From contig JACPTJ010000107.1 in the NCBI GenBank assembly GCA_016192835.1, positions 1 through 47,794 of the forward strand: a stretch of 47,794 bases of DNA, given 5' to 3'. Shown in pieces: positions 18,331 to 27,759 of this stretch; within the stretch, counting starts at the first letter, position 1, and each line of letters starts with the position of its first letter. The DNA is from Betaproteobacteria bacterium (GTDB taxonomy: Bacteria > Pseudomonadota > Gammaproteobacteria > Burkholderiales > SG8-41). Made by a program: the position numbers and the translations under genes. The notes below the pieces were generated by a model, which ran no database searches, was not told the DNA's origin, and saw only the letters and a program-made list of their open reading frames with translations.

Positions 18331-19989
18331 TCAATCAAGGCCGGTAAAGCTTACTACATTCATCGGCTCCTCGGTGAAGCTGCGATCGCGGCGGAGCCGC
18401 CCGACCATCGCCTCGACATATGGCGCAGCCGCACAGAGTTGCTGGAAATGTCCGTCGGCCAGCTTCAGACTCGCGCGCTTGCATCGGGCCGCGACCATAT
18501 CGCGTTGCGCCGGCGTCAACTCGTCTTTGTCAGGCTTGGGCACCGGCGGTAGTTCGGTCGAAAACGCCGCGTTCGGATCGAGCTTCGGACGCCTCTTGCG
18601 CCAGGGCGTCGCCTGCTCGTAGGCGTGTGCAGCACGCATTACCAGATCGTCCGCGAATGGTCGGCCGACGATCTGCATGGCGAGCGGTAAACCATCGTCG
18701 GTGAAGCCGATGCACTGCACCAGCGCGGGCCCGCCACTGACATTGAATGGGGTCGCCAACGAGTTTTTGCTCCAGAAGTTGATGGGACGCCATTCGCCGA
18801 GTGGCGTCGCCGGCCCCGGACCAGCTGTAATCAGCACGTCGTACTTCGGATACAGCTGCTCGAATTCGGCGATCATCACGCGCCGCTCGCGCAACGCCTG
18901 AACGTAGTCGGAGCCGTTGATTAGTACTGCGCCCAGGGCTCGGCCCAGGAAATCGTTACCGAAATCGCCGGACCGTTGGCGCAAGTTGTGTTCGTGAACC
19001 GCAAACAGCTCACACTCCGCAGTCGTCACCTTTACGTCTAGATACTCTCGTGCCGGACGGATGTGCACATCCTCGACGATGGCGCCGAGTGACCGGAATA
19101 CGCCCAGTGCCGTCTCAATCGCTTTCTTGAGTGTGTCGGTTACCTTTACGTCGTCTTCGTACAGGTGACGAATAACCCCGATCCGCAGGCCTTTAATGTC
19201 GTTGGTCAACGCGGCCCGATAATGGGAAACCGACTGGTCGGCGCTCGCCGGATCCTTCGGGTCGTGACCGGCCATCGCCTGCATCATGATGGCGCAGTCC
19301 TCGACCGACCAGGTCAGCGGCCCCGCATGGTCGTAAGTAAAGGAATTGGCGAACACGCCGTAGCGGCTAAGCAGCCCGTAGGTCGGCTTGAGACCGACCA
19401 GCCCGCACAGCGCAGCCGGGTTGCGGATCGACCCGCCGGTGTCGGAGCCCATCGCTCCCATCATGAAGCCGGCCGCGACGCCTGCGCCGGAGCCGCTCGA
19501 CGAGCCGCCGGTGAAATAATCGCGATTCCACGGGTTACGCGCCGGCGGCCAGGGTAGATCGAATGACGGACCGCCATGGGCGAATTCATGAGTTGACAGC
19601 TTGCCGAGCAGGATCGCGCCCGCGTCGTAGAGCTTCGCAACCGTTGTTGCATCGAATTTTGGAATATGATCTTTGCAAATTTTGGAATGGCAGGTCGTGG
19701 CGATTCCGTTGGTGCAGTAAATGTCCTTGAGACCGAACGGAATGCCGTGCATCGGCCCGCGATATTTGCCGGCGACGATCTCTTTCTCGGCTGCGCGCGC
19801 CTGGCCAAGCGCGAGGTCGGCAGTCACCGTAATGAAGGCGTTGAGTTGCGGATCCAGTGTCTCGATCCGACGCAGAAAGACTTCTGTCAGTTCGACTGGC
19901 GAGAGCTGCTTCCTCTCGATCAGCCGCGCGGCGTCTGCGATCGTCAGAAAGTGCAGATCCGTCGGGCTTGTCGTCGGTTCGTCATTCAT
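18331..19989 (-). CDS. Amidase-signature enzyme (GatA/AtzE-like) with a ~90-aa C-terminal extension resembling the free-standing small partner proteins
   Basis: 552 aa, GAGGAGG RBS. 'GIPFGLKDIY' and 'GGSSSGSGAGVAAG...GSDTGGSIRNPA' carry the Ser-cisSer-Lys signature. After 'AYEQATPWRKRRP' the tail continues as '...LTPAQRDMVAARCKRASLKLADGHFQQL...FTEEPMNVVSF'. Confidence 0.88.
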   Translation of the reverse strand: MNDEPTTSPTDLHFLTIADAARLIERKQLSPVELTEVFLRRIETLDPQLNAFITVTADLALGQARAAEKEIVAGKYRGPMHGIPFGLKDIYCTNGIATTCHSKICKDHIPKFDATTVAKLYDAGAILLGKLSTHEFAHGGPSFDLPWPPARNPWNRDYFTGGSSSGSGAGVAAGFMMGAMGSDTGGSIRNPAALCGLVGLKPTYGLLSRYGVFANSFTYDHAGPLTWSVEDCAIMMQAMAGHDPKDPASADQSVSHYRAALTNDIKGLRIGVIRHLYEDDVKVTDTLKKAIETALGVFRSLGAIVEDVHIRPAREYLDVKVTTAECELFAVHEHNLRQRSGDFGNDFLGRALGAVLINGSDYVQALRERRVMIAEFEQLYPKYDVLITAGPGPATPLGEWRPINFWSKNSLATPFNVSGGPALVQCIGFTDDGLPLAMQIVGRPFADDLVMRAAHAYEQATPWRKRRPKLDPNAAFSTELPPVPKPDKDELTPAQRDMVAARCKRASLKLADGHFQQLCAAAPYVEAMVGRLRRDRSFTEEPMNVVSFTGLD

Positions 19990-20178
19990 ATCGCTTGGCC
20001 TCCTCGCCGAAATCGAAAGACGGTTGGTAACTACTCAGGTGGCTATCACCCTGATGCCACCAACAGGACGATATTCTACCCCCCCCGTGTCAAGGCAAGC
20101 CAGAAAAACTGAGATTCGGAGTAGGTCCAGGCGAGACCAACGGGCTAGGTCGGTAATTGGTCCAGCGGGCTCCATGCT

Positions 20179-21213
20179 TCACTGTCCTTCCAGCAATATG
20201 CATCGTGCCATTCGGGCCGGCACAGGCCAGATCTCGGGCGGCACTCCCTCCAGGCACCGCGCCTCGGCGTAGGGGCAGCGGGGTGCGAAGCTGCACGCGT
20301 CGACCAGCTTTTCCATATTCGGTGGCGACCCTTCGATCGTGCGAAGGCGTTTCCCCTTCAGTTGCCCATGAACGGTCGACGCCATCAGCCCCTGGGTGTA
20401 GGGGTGCAATGGATCTCGCATTACCGCGCCAACCGGACCGCTCTCAACGAACCGTCCGGCGTACATGACGGCGATCCGGTCGGCGATCTCTCCGGCAACG
20501 CCGAGGTCATGGGTGACGAAAATTACGCTCATTCCAAGCTCCTTCTGCAATTGGCGTAGCAGCAGCAGGATCTGGATCTGCACCGTGGCGTCGAGCGCGG
20601 TTGTCGGCTCGTCGGCAAGCAGCACGCGTGGCCGGCACGATAGTGCGATCGCGATCATGGCGCGTTGCCGCAAACCGCTGGACAGTTCGTGTGGATAGGC
20701 TTTGAGCCGTCGCTTGGCGGACGGGATCTGCGTCAGCTCCAGCAGTTCGAGCGCCCGCGCGTAAGCCGCCTCGCGGCTGGCTCCCTCGTGCCGGATTACC
20801 GTCTCGGCGATCTGGTCGCCGATCGTGTACACAGGGTCCAGGGCGGTCATCGGCTCCTGGAAGATCATTGCAATGATCTTGCCACGGACGCGCGACAGCT
20901 CCGCCGTATTGAGCGCCATGATGTCCCGGCCATCGACGTGCACGCGACCTGAAATGCGGGTCTTTCCTTTCGGCAACAGCCGCGTCAAAGCCCGCAGCGT
21001 TACGCTCTTGCCAGAGCCGGATTCGCCCAATATGCAGAGCACTTCGCCTGGATCGAGGGAGAAGGTGACCCCGTTCACCGCATACACGGTTGTATCCTTG
21101 CTGACAAAGCTTACATGGAGATCCTCGGCGTCGACGACCTTTTCGGTCACCGGCACGTCCCGCAAAACTTCCGCAATCGGGGTCACCATCGCTGCCATCC
21201 CATACCTACTCAT
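20179..21213 (-). CDS. ABC transporter ATP-binding protein (DppD/OppD-like)
   Basis: Walker A 'GESGSGKS', 'LSSGLRQR' and Walker B '[11 protein letters not shown]'. ATG 21213 overlaps the upstream ATPase stop (ATGA). The 437-aa track ORF's N-terminal extension overlaps the neighbouring gene. Confidence 0.88.
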   Translation of the reverse strand: MSRYGMAAMVTPIAEVLRDVPVTEKVVDAEDLHVSFVSKDTTVYAVNGVTFSLDPGEVLCILGESGSGKSVTLRALTRLLPKGKTRISGRVHVDGRDIMALNTAELSRVRGKIIAMIFQEPMTALDPVYTIGDQIAETVIRHEGASREAAYARALELLELTQIPSAKRRLKAYPHELSSGLRQRAMIAIALSCRPRVLLADEPTTALDATVQIQILLLLRQLQKELGMSVIFVTHDLGVAGEIADRIAVMYAGRFVESGPVGAVMRDPLHPYTQGLMASTVHGQLKGKRLRTIEGSPPNMEKLVDACSFAPRCPYAEARCLEGVPPEIWPVPARMARCILLEGQ

Positions 21214-22274
21214 GCTGTTGTCGATGCCGCCGCCTTGCTGTGCCCCGATCCCGGAACCGCCATATGGCATGCGGTCTGATGATTGCGGTGCTCGTCCAAC
21301 TCGAACAGTGTCGGCTCGATCCGTTCGCAAACCTCCTCGGCGTACGCGCAGCGCGTGCGGAACCGGCAGCCAGACGGCGGATTGATCGGCGTCGGAGGAT
21401 CGCCGGACAGTGGTGGCTCTGTTTTGCGATCGCCGGGATCCATCGACGGGCGTGACAAAAGCAGGGCCCGCGTGTAGGGATGCACCGGGCAATTGTAGAC
21501 CAGATCGACCGGCCCGATTTCTACTATCTTGCCGAGATACATCACCAGCACTCGATCGCTAATATGGTGTACGACACTCAAGTCATGAGAAATGAAGAGG
21601 TAGGTAAGACTGAACTCTTTCTTGAGGTCGAGAAGAAGGTTTAGCACCTGCGCTTCGACCGACTTGTCGAGGGCCGACACTGCTTCGTCAAGCAAGACGA
21701 GCTTCGGCCGTAGCGCTAGCGCCCGGGCAATGTTGATGCGTTGGCGTTGACCGCCCGACAGCTCGTGCGGGTAGCGGCGGCCGAACCGCTGCGGGTCGAG
21801 ACCGACTTCTCCGAGCAAGCGATATGCGCGCTCTTTCGCCTCTGTTCGGCCAATGCCGTGCACGATCGGCCCGAACGCGATCGTATCCTCGACCGGGAGT
21901 CGGGGGTTCAGTGAGGAATAGGAATCCTGGAACACCATCTGCACTTGGCGGCGCAGTTCCTTAGTCGAAATCCCGTCACGTGTGCCCACTGCGGCGCCGT
22001 CGAAACTCACTTCGCCAGCGTCGGGTTCAATGAGGCGCATTAAAAGTCGTGCGGTGGTTGACTTACCGCATCCAGATTCGCCGACGATTCCGAGCACCTC
22101 GCCTTCACGTACTTCGAAGGACACTTCATCGACCGCCTGCACCATGGCGACGCTTCGATTGAACAGACCGCCCTTTACCGGAAAATATTTGCGAAGCCCC
22201 CTGACTGCGAGTAGTGGCTGCTCGCGTTCGCTCCGACCTGCCGCCCGTTCAGGGTGAACTGTCATCATCTGCAA
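21210..22274 (-). CDS. ABC transporter ATP-binding protein (DppF/OppF-like)
   Basis: Walker A 'GESGCGKST', 'LSGGQRQR', '[12 protein letters not shown]', and the oligopeptide-type C-terminal domain 'HPYTRALL...CRFRTRC'. Confidence 0.9.
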   Translation of the reverse strand: MQMMTVHPERAAGRSEREQPLLAVRGLRKYFPVKGGLFNRSVAMVQAVDEVSFEVREGEVLGIVGESGCGKSTTARLLMRLIEPDAGEVSFDGAAVGTRDGISTKELRRQVQMVFQDSYSSLNPRLPVEDTIAFGPIVHGIGRTEAKERAYRLLGEVGLDPQRFGRRYPHELSGGQRQRINIARALALRPKLVLLDEAVSALDKSVEAQVLNLLLDLKKEFSLTYLFISHDLSVVHHISDRVLVMYLGKIVEIGPVDLVYNCPVHPYTRALLLSRPSMDPGDRKTEPPLSGDPPTPINPPSGCRFRTRCAYAEEVCERIEPTLFELDEHRNHQTACHMAVPGSGHSKAAASTTA

Positions 22275-22287
22275 ATTGCTCTCAACC

Positions 22288-23220
22288 TTAAAGACGCATG
22301 TCCATGGCGCTACGCAGCCCGTCGCTCAACAGGTTGAAGCACAGCGAGGTAATGAAGATCATCGCGCCTGGCAGGGCGGCGACGTAGGGATTTACCCAGA
22401 TCGACTGCCGCAACGTACTCAGCATTAGGCCCCAATCGGCGGTCGGCGGTGTCACGCCGAGGCCTAGGAAGCTCAGGCCAGAGGCGACGATAATGCTAAA
22501 GCTCATCAGGCTAGTCGCGTAGATGAAAATCGGGCCGAGCACGTTACTGAGCACGTGTACTCGGATGATTGTCCAAGAGCCGGCGCCGCTCGCGCGCGCC
22601 GCTTCGACGAAATCGTAAGTGCGCACCTGCGTTGTGACGCTCTCCGAAACGCGGGCGATCGGGGGGATCAGGATCAGGGTCAGCGACAGAATCACATTGA
22701 AGAAACCGGCGCCGAGGGCTCCAGAGATAGCGATTGCCAGCAAGACCGAAGGGAAGGCGTAGAACACGTCCATCAGGCGCATGATCAGCATGTTTGTCCG
22801 CCCACCGACGAAACCGGCGGCGATGCCCGCGGTACCTCCGACGAGTAGCGCGCCGACGACGGGAAACAGGCCGACGAACAGTGATACCCTGCCGCCATAG
22901 AGCAGACGCGAGAGCATATCGCGGCCCAGTTCATCCGCGCCCAGCAGATAGTTGGGCGAACCGATCGGGGCAAGCCGCTTGAAGACGCTGGTCTGATACG
23001 GATCATGCGGCGCGAGCCACGGTGCGAAGATCGATGCCAGCGCAATCAGAATCAGGATAACGCCGCAGACCGTGGAGACGGGATCGCGCCGCAGCCGAAC
23101 CCACACCATCATCCAATAGCTGCGCGCCCGCAGACTCCCGACCGTGATCTCTTCGCCCTGCTGTCTGCGGCCCTGGGCGCCCTCACGCATGTCGAGCGTC
23201 TTCATCTCGACCATCATCAA
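22288..23220 (-). CDS. ABC transporter permease (DppC/OppC-like)
   Basis: 310-aa hydrophobic ORF with the BPD-transporter motif region 'FVEAARASGAGSWTIIRVHVLSNV'. It overlaps the upstream permease stop by 4 nt. Confidence 0.88.
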   Translation of the reverse strand: MMMVEMKTLDMREGAQGRRQQGEEITVGSLRARSYWMMVWVRLRRDPVSTVCGVILILIALASIFAPWLAPHDPYQTSVFKRLAPIGSPNYLLGADELGRDMLSRLLYGGRVSLFVGLFPVVGALLVGGTAGIAAGFVGGRTNMLIMRLMDVFYAFPSVLLAIAISGALGAGFFNVILSLTLILIPPIARVSESVTTQVRTYDFVEAARASGAGSWTIIRVHVLSNVLGPIFIYATSLMSFSIIVASGLSFLGLGVTPPTADWGLMLSTLRQSIWVNPYVAALPGAMIFITSLCFNLLSDGLRSAMDMRL

Positions 23221-24170
23221 CCTCGCTTAATCCGCGGGTCGAGCCAGGTCTGCATGATGTCGACTATCAGATTCACGAAGACGAAAAAGATCGCGAGTAC
23301 AAGAACCGTACCCTGGAGTATCGGCACGTCGCGCTTGAAGATCGCTTCGTTCAGCAGCAGACCCGAGCCGGGCCAAACGAAAACGGTCTCGATTAGAATC
23401 GAACCACCGAGCAGGTGGCCGAACTGCAGGCCGGTGACTGCCAGTACGGTCGGCGACGCATTCTTGATGACATGCCGGAGCACATTCAACTCCGATAATC
23501 CCTTCGAACGGAGAGTCTCGACGTAATCCTGGCTCAATACCTCAAGCACGCTGGCTCGTGTGGTGCGCATGATAATCCCCATCGGGATCATGGAAAGCGC
23601 GATTACTGGCATAACCAACGCCTTCATGTGATCGAGGTCCCATGCCCAATCACGCGAGCTGCCACTGCCCATGCCAATTGCCGGCAACATCCCAAGCTCG
23701 ACCGCAAAGATGATGACGAGAATGATTGCCACCCAATAATGGGGCACGCTGACGCCGGTAATCGCAAAAGCCGTGACCGACTTGTCAATCCAGGTGCCGT
23801 TTCGGTATGCGGCGATCCCTCCGGCCACGAAGGCGATCAGAAAGCTCAGTGTCGCCGCGAAGACGGCCAAGCGGAATGTGTTTTGCAGCGCGGGGATCAG
23901 TTCCGCGATGACAGGTCGGTTGTGCTGCAGCGAATTGCCGAAGTCACCCTGCACGGCTCGACTCAACCACAGCAGATATTGGATCGGAATCGGCTTGTCG
24001 AAGCCGTAAGCAACTCGAATACGTTGAGTTTCTGCTTCGCTCGCCTCGTCCGGCATTACCGCCTGGATGGGATCGCCGGGGCCAAGATACACCAGCGAAA
24101 AGCAGATGATTGAAACTCCAAGTGCGATCGGAATGGCATAAAGGACGCGTCTAATAATGTAGTAGACCAT
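23217..24170 (-). CDS. ABC transporter permease (DppB/OppB-like)
   Basis: 317 aa with 'MVYYIIRRVLYAIPIALGVSIICFSLVYLGPGDP' (the canonical DppB N-terminus) and 'DYVETLRSKGLSE'. Confidence 0.9.
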   Translation of the reverse strand: MVYYIIRRVLYAIPIALGVSIICFSLVYLGPGDPIQAVMPDEASEAETQRIRVAYGFDKPIPIQYLLWLSRAVQGDFGNSLQHNRPVIAELIPALQNTFRLAVFAATLSFLIAFVAGGIAAYRNGTWIDKSVTAFAITGVSVPHYWVAIILVIIFAVELGMLPAIGMGSGSSRDWAWDLDHMKALVMPVIALSMIPMGIIMRTTRASVLEVLSQDYVETLRSKGLSELNVLRHVIKNASPTVLAVTGLQFGHLLGGSILIETVFVWPGSGLLLNEAIFKRDVPILQGTVLVLAIFFVFVNLIVDIMQTWLDPRIKRG

Positions 24171-24740
24171 GAATCCAGTGTAATGAATTTTTGCGACGAG
24201 GTCTCTGAACTGCCCGATTGCCCGAAACTATCTAGTGCGATCGCGAACCCTCCCAAGGTCCGCAGTTTAGCAGTTTAAACGTGGGAGGATAGGAAATCCA
24301 ACGCCCCCTCGCGAGTATCGTCGATGCCCGCCGCCGTGGTCAACTCCCCGATCTGAGTGTCATGAACCCCTGAAGACCGCCCCGATCGAGGCGCTGGCAC
24401 CGCGTGTGACCACAGGACTGGTCTTCGCTCGCCAAGTTGCTGGCTATAGGCGCAAGCCGCCCCGTGACGAGCGCTTTTGAGCGCTCCTCTCGCCTACCAG
24501 GCGATGCGCTGATCGAATTGGTATTCCGGCGCTTGGTATTCCGGCGCCGGTTGGGCATGTAGGTCGAACTCGTCCTGCCCGGCATCCGGCATCTCCCACA
24601 GCGGTGGGCCACGGGCCGGCATCAGACGCGGCGGCGATATCGCCTCGCCCAGATGCGCGAGGATATCGCGCACGGCACCGGCGGCGCTCTCGGGTACCGG
24701 CACGGAAGCTCCACAGTAATCACGGAAAGGGAGTAGAGCA

Positions 24741-25143
24741 ATGACCACACCGTATCAGGAAAGGAAACTCCGCGACCCGGCGATGATGCCCGGGGACCAG
24801 CCCTATTTCGACGCGGCCGCCGAAGGCAGGCTGATGCTCAAGAAATGCGGGGATTGCGGCGAGCATCACCACTACCCGCGTGCCCTGTGTCCGCACTGCT
24901 TCAGCGACAAGGTCGAGTGGGTGCACAGCCAAAGGCACCGGCGAGATCTACACCTACAGCATCACGCGCCGTGCAGGCCCCATCCCCTATTGCATCGCTT
25001 ACGTGACGCTCGACGAAGGCGTGAAGATGATAACCAACATCATCGACTGTGATCTCGACACGATCAAGGTCGGTCAGAAGGTGAAAGTGATTTTCAAGAA
25101 GAGCGAAGGCGGGGTTTCGATGCCGATGTTTACGCCGGGGTGA
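24741..25143 (+). pseudogene. DUF35-type Zn-ribbon/OB-fold protein gene with one frameshift
   Basis: AAAGGGAG RBS. Frame 0 gives 'CGDCGEHHHYPRALCPHCFSDKVEWVHS'. Frame +1 continues with 'KGTGEIYTYSITRR...AYVTLDEGVKMITNI...GQKVKVIFKK'. The shift lies between ~24918 and 24935. Confidence 0.75.
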
Positions 25144-25218
25144 TTCGCGTCAAAATCGGGCCGCCGGACACGATGAGCGGTCCGGCGAGTAGCCGTTGAA
25201 CGGGCTATCGCTCCACGC

Positions 25219-26568
25219 TCAGCTTTCCAGGGACAGGACCCAATGCGCCAATGCGCACAACTCTGCGTCCCGGCCGGCGCGACCGATCAGTTGCGCGCCT
25301 AGAGGCATGCCATCGGCCTCCATCACCGGCAGCGAGAATGCGGGCAGCCCGAGAAAGGTCGCATAGACGAGATAAGCGCGGCTGCCCGTGTGGCCATGCC
25401 CCACCGGCGCCGGCCCGGAGGCCGCCAGCGTCAATATCGCATCCGCTACGCCCATGACGTCGCGTGCCCGGTCTTTCATGCGCGTTTTTTCAGCGAGCAG
25501 TTCCGCGTAGTATTCCGCGCTCATCTCCCGGGCGCGTGCGAGCCGGTCGTGTACGCGCTGCTCGAGCCGATCTCCGTGCTGCGCGGCATATTGCTCGTAC
25601 GGCCATTTCATCTCATAGGACGTGATGTCGACCGAACGGTCGATGAATGTACCGAAGACTTCATCTTCGAATGCAGCGAAATGCGGATCGTCGCGGCGCG
25701 TGACGAGTTCGACCTCCCTCTCACGCAAGCGCTGCAGGAGCGCCTCGAATGCGGCGCGCGCAGGCGCCTCAACTTCGCTCTCCCACGTTTTCGTATGCAG
25801 TACAATGAGCTTGCGCGGCTTGCGGGCTGTCGGGAGCACAGCGCTTGCGCCCTGCAGTCCCGCTGCGCCGGGATTGCCGGAGGCGAGCGAAACGTGGGAG
25901 GCGACACACCAGGCATCGTCCAGCGTGCCGGCGATCACGCCGAGATGATCGTGCGTGAGCGATATCGGATGCACGCCCTGCATGGTGAGCACGCCGTGTG
26001 TCGGCTTAAAACCCACCGCGCCGCAGTAGGAAGCCGGCCGCAAGGTCGAGCCCTGCGTCTGCGTGCCGAGCGCGGCCGGGACCATGCCGGCGCCCACGGC
26101 AGCGGCCGAGCCGCTCGAGGACCCGCCCGGCGTGCGCGTGAGATCCAGTGGGTTCCGGGTCTCATTGGTGGCGCCGCAGGCAAAAGCGGTCGTGACCGTC
26201 TTGCCGACGACGATCGCGCCCCCTGAGCGCAATGCATGCACACACGCCGCGTCCCAGCGCGGCTGATTACCCGTATAAATGGAATTTCCCATCTGTGTCG
26301 GCAGGTCGCGGGTGTCCATGATGTCCTTGATGCCGACCGGCATGCCGTCGACTGCCGAAAGCGGCTTGCCGTCGCGATAGCGCCCGGCAGAAGCGTCGGC
26401 GGCGCGGCGCGCGCCTTCGAGCCCGAGCGTCACGAAGGCGTGCACTTGGGCGTCTCGCGCGGAGATCGTCGCTATGCGGCGCTCGAGGTATGCGCGCGGG
26501 TTGTCATCGCGTGAGAGAAATCTGGATCGCGCCTTCGAGAAGTCGAGCGCATGCGGGCTGCGGGCCAT
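25219..26568 (-). CDS. Amidase-signature enzyme (no small partner and no C-terminal extension)
   Basis: 449 aa, GAGGAA RBS, with 'GMPVGIKDIMD' and 'GGSSSGSAAAVGAG...GTQTQGSTLRPA'. Confidence 0.88.
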   Translation of the reverse strand: MARSPHALDFSKARSRFLSRDDNPRAYLERRIATISARDAQVHAFVTLGLEGARRAADASAGRYRDGKPLSAVDGMPVGIKDIMDTRDLPTQMGNSIYTGNQPRWDAACVHALRSGGAIVVGKTVTTAFACGATNETRNPLDLTRTPGGSSSGSAAAVGAGMVPAALGTQTQGSTLRPASYCGAVGFKPTHGVLTMQGVHPISLTHDHLGVIAGTLDDAWCVASHVSLASGNPGAAGLQGASAVLPTARKPRKLIVLHTKTWESEVEAPARAAFEALLQRLREREVELVTRRDDPHFAAFEDEVFGTFIDRSVDITSYEMKWPYEQYAAQHGDRLEQRVHDRLARAREMSAEYYAELLAEKTRMKDRARDVMGVADAILTLAASGPAPVGHGHTGSRAYLVYATFLGLPAFSLPVMEADGMPLGAQLIGRAGRDAELCALAHWVLSLES

Positions 26569-26590
26569 GGGTTCCTCGCTGGTTTACTGG

Positions 26591-26610
26591 ATACCGGTAG
26601 TCACCGGTAT
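26591..26610. promoter_or_regulatory. Perfect 20-bp palindrome in the Bug-amidase intergenic spacer
   Basis: ATACCGGT-AGTC-ACCGGTAT (8-bp arms) sits between the Bug stop (26651) and the amidase start (26568) on the minus strand. Confidence 0.4.
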
Positions 26611-26650
26611 GACGGCTTGCGCTATCGCAATGTCTGAACGGGTCGGCGCA

Positions 26651-27610
26651 CTAATTTGCGGTGATCCTGGCGGCTTTTACCACGTGCGCCCATTTCTTGA
26701 TTTCGGACTTGATATAGGCGTCGCTCGCAGTCAGCCCTTCGGCGACCGGCTCCAGTCCGATGCTCCCGAGCTTTTTCGTCACCTCCGGCGAGTGCAGAAT
26801 CTTGGTGACCTCGCCATTGAGGCGCTCGAGAACGGGGCGCGGCGTAGCCGAGGGTGCCAGCATCGCGTACCACACGTCTACGGCATACCCCGGAACGCCC
26901 GCCTCGGCTATGGTCGGAATGTCCGGCGCGGCTGCGGCGCGCCGGGTCCCGGCCGTTGCCAGCACCTTCAGCTTGCCGGCCTCGACATGCTGCCTGGTCG
27001 AGATGATGCTCGCGAACATGAGCGACACGCGCCCGGCGATGACGTCCGTCATGCCCGGACTGGTTCCCTTGTAGGGCACATGGGTGAGATCCGTTTTGGT
27101 CAGCACCTCCAGGTACTCGGTCGCCAGGTGGGAAGGGCTGGCATTGCCCGACGAAGCATAGTTGATCTCGCCGGGGCGCTTCTTCGCGTAGGCGATCAAT
27201 TCCTTGATCGACTTCACGGGCAGCGATGGATGGGCGACGAGGATGTTGGGTGCGTTGACCATGACGGTGACCGGAACGAGGTCGCGCTCGGGGCTGTACG
27301 AGAGATTCTTGTGGGAGCTTGGCAACACCGAGTGACTGATCGAAATGGTGAGCAGGGTATGTCCGTCGGCTGCGGACTTGGCGACGATGTCGCCGCCCAC
27401 CGCACCACCTGCACCTGGGCGGTTTTCAACGATGCCGGGCTGACCGAGCGATTCCTGCAGGTTCTGCGCGATGACGCGCGAGGTCGTATCGACCCCGCCT
27501 CCGGCTCCAGCCGCTGCGACGATGCGCACAGGTTTAGAAGGAAAACCCTGCGCGGTGGCTAACGCAGGCATGGCGAGCCAAAATATCAGTGCGTGCAGTA
27601 CGGGCTTCAT
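26651..27610 (-). CDS. Bug/TctC family periplasmic solute receptor
   Basis: The signal peptide 'MKPVLHALIFWLAMPALATA' is followed by 'QGFPSKPVRIVAAAGAGGGVD'. Also 'VENRPGAGG', 'YASSGNASPSHL' and 'VPYKGTSPG'. AGAAGGAGGG RBS. Confidence 0.88.
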   Translation of the reverse strand: MKPVLHALIFWLAMPALATAQGFPSKPVRIVAAAGAGGGVDTTSRVIAQNLQESLGQPGIVENRPGAGGAVGGDIVAKSAADGHTLLTISISHSVLPSSHKNLSYSPERDLVPVTVMVNAPNILVAHPSLPVKSIKELIAYAKKRPGEINYASSGNASPSHLATEYLEVLTKTDLTHVPYKGTSPGMTDVIAGRVSLMFASIISTRQHVEAGKLKVLATAGTRRAAAAPDIPTIAEAGVPGYAVDVWYAMLAPSATPRPVLERLNGEVTKILHSPEVTKKLGSIGLEPVAEGLTASDAYIKSEIKKWAHVVKAARITAN

Positions 27611-27759
27611 GGTGTTTCCCTCCTTCTGTTAGGTCAACCATACTGGATCAGGAGCAAGAGTTCTATGGCTAGCGTGAGTTTACCTGTATCGAAGATGAAC
27701 GGGAGATAAGCGTTTATAAATACAGGGTAATCCGGAGCGTAGCTGTATATACTAAACGC

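Noticed and set aside
20179-21492. 437-aa version of the D-like ATPase ORF
   Set aside because: The first 93 codons overlap the upstream ATPase gene and are Arg/Gly-rich nonsense. ATG 21213 gives a normal-length protein and an ATGA stop/start overlap.
24494-24748. 84-aa minus-strand ORF as a real small gene
   Set aside because: Its start overlaps the well-supported DUF35 start head-to-head. It has no RBS or family resemblance that I can see. It is kept only as context for the 15-bp tandem duplication.
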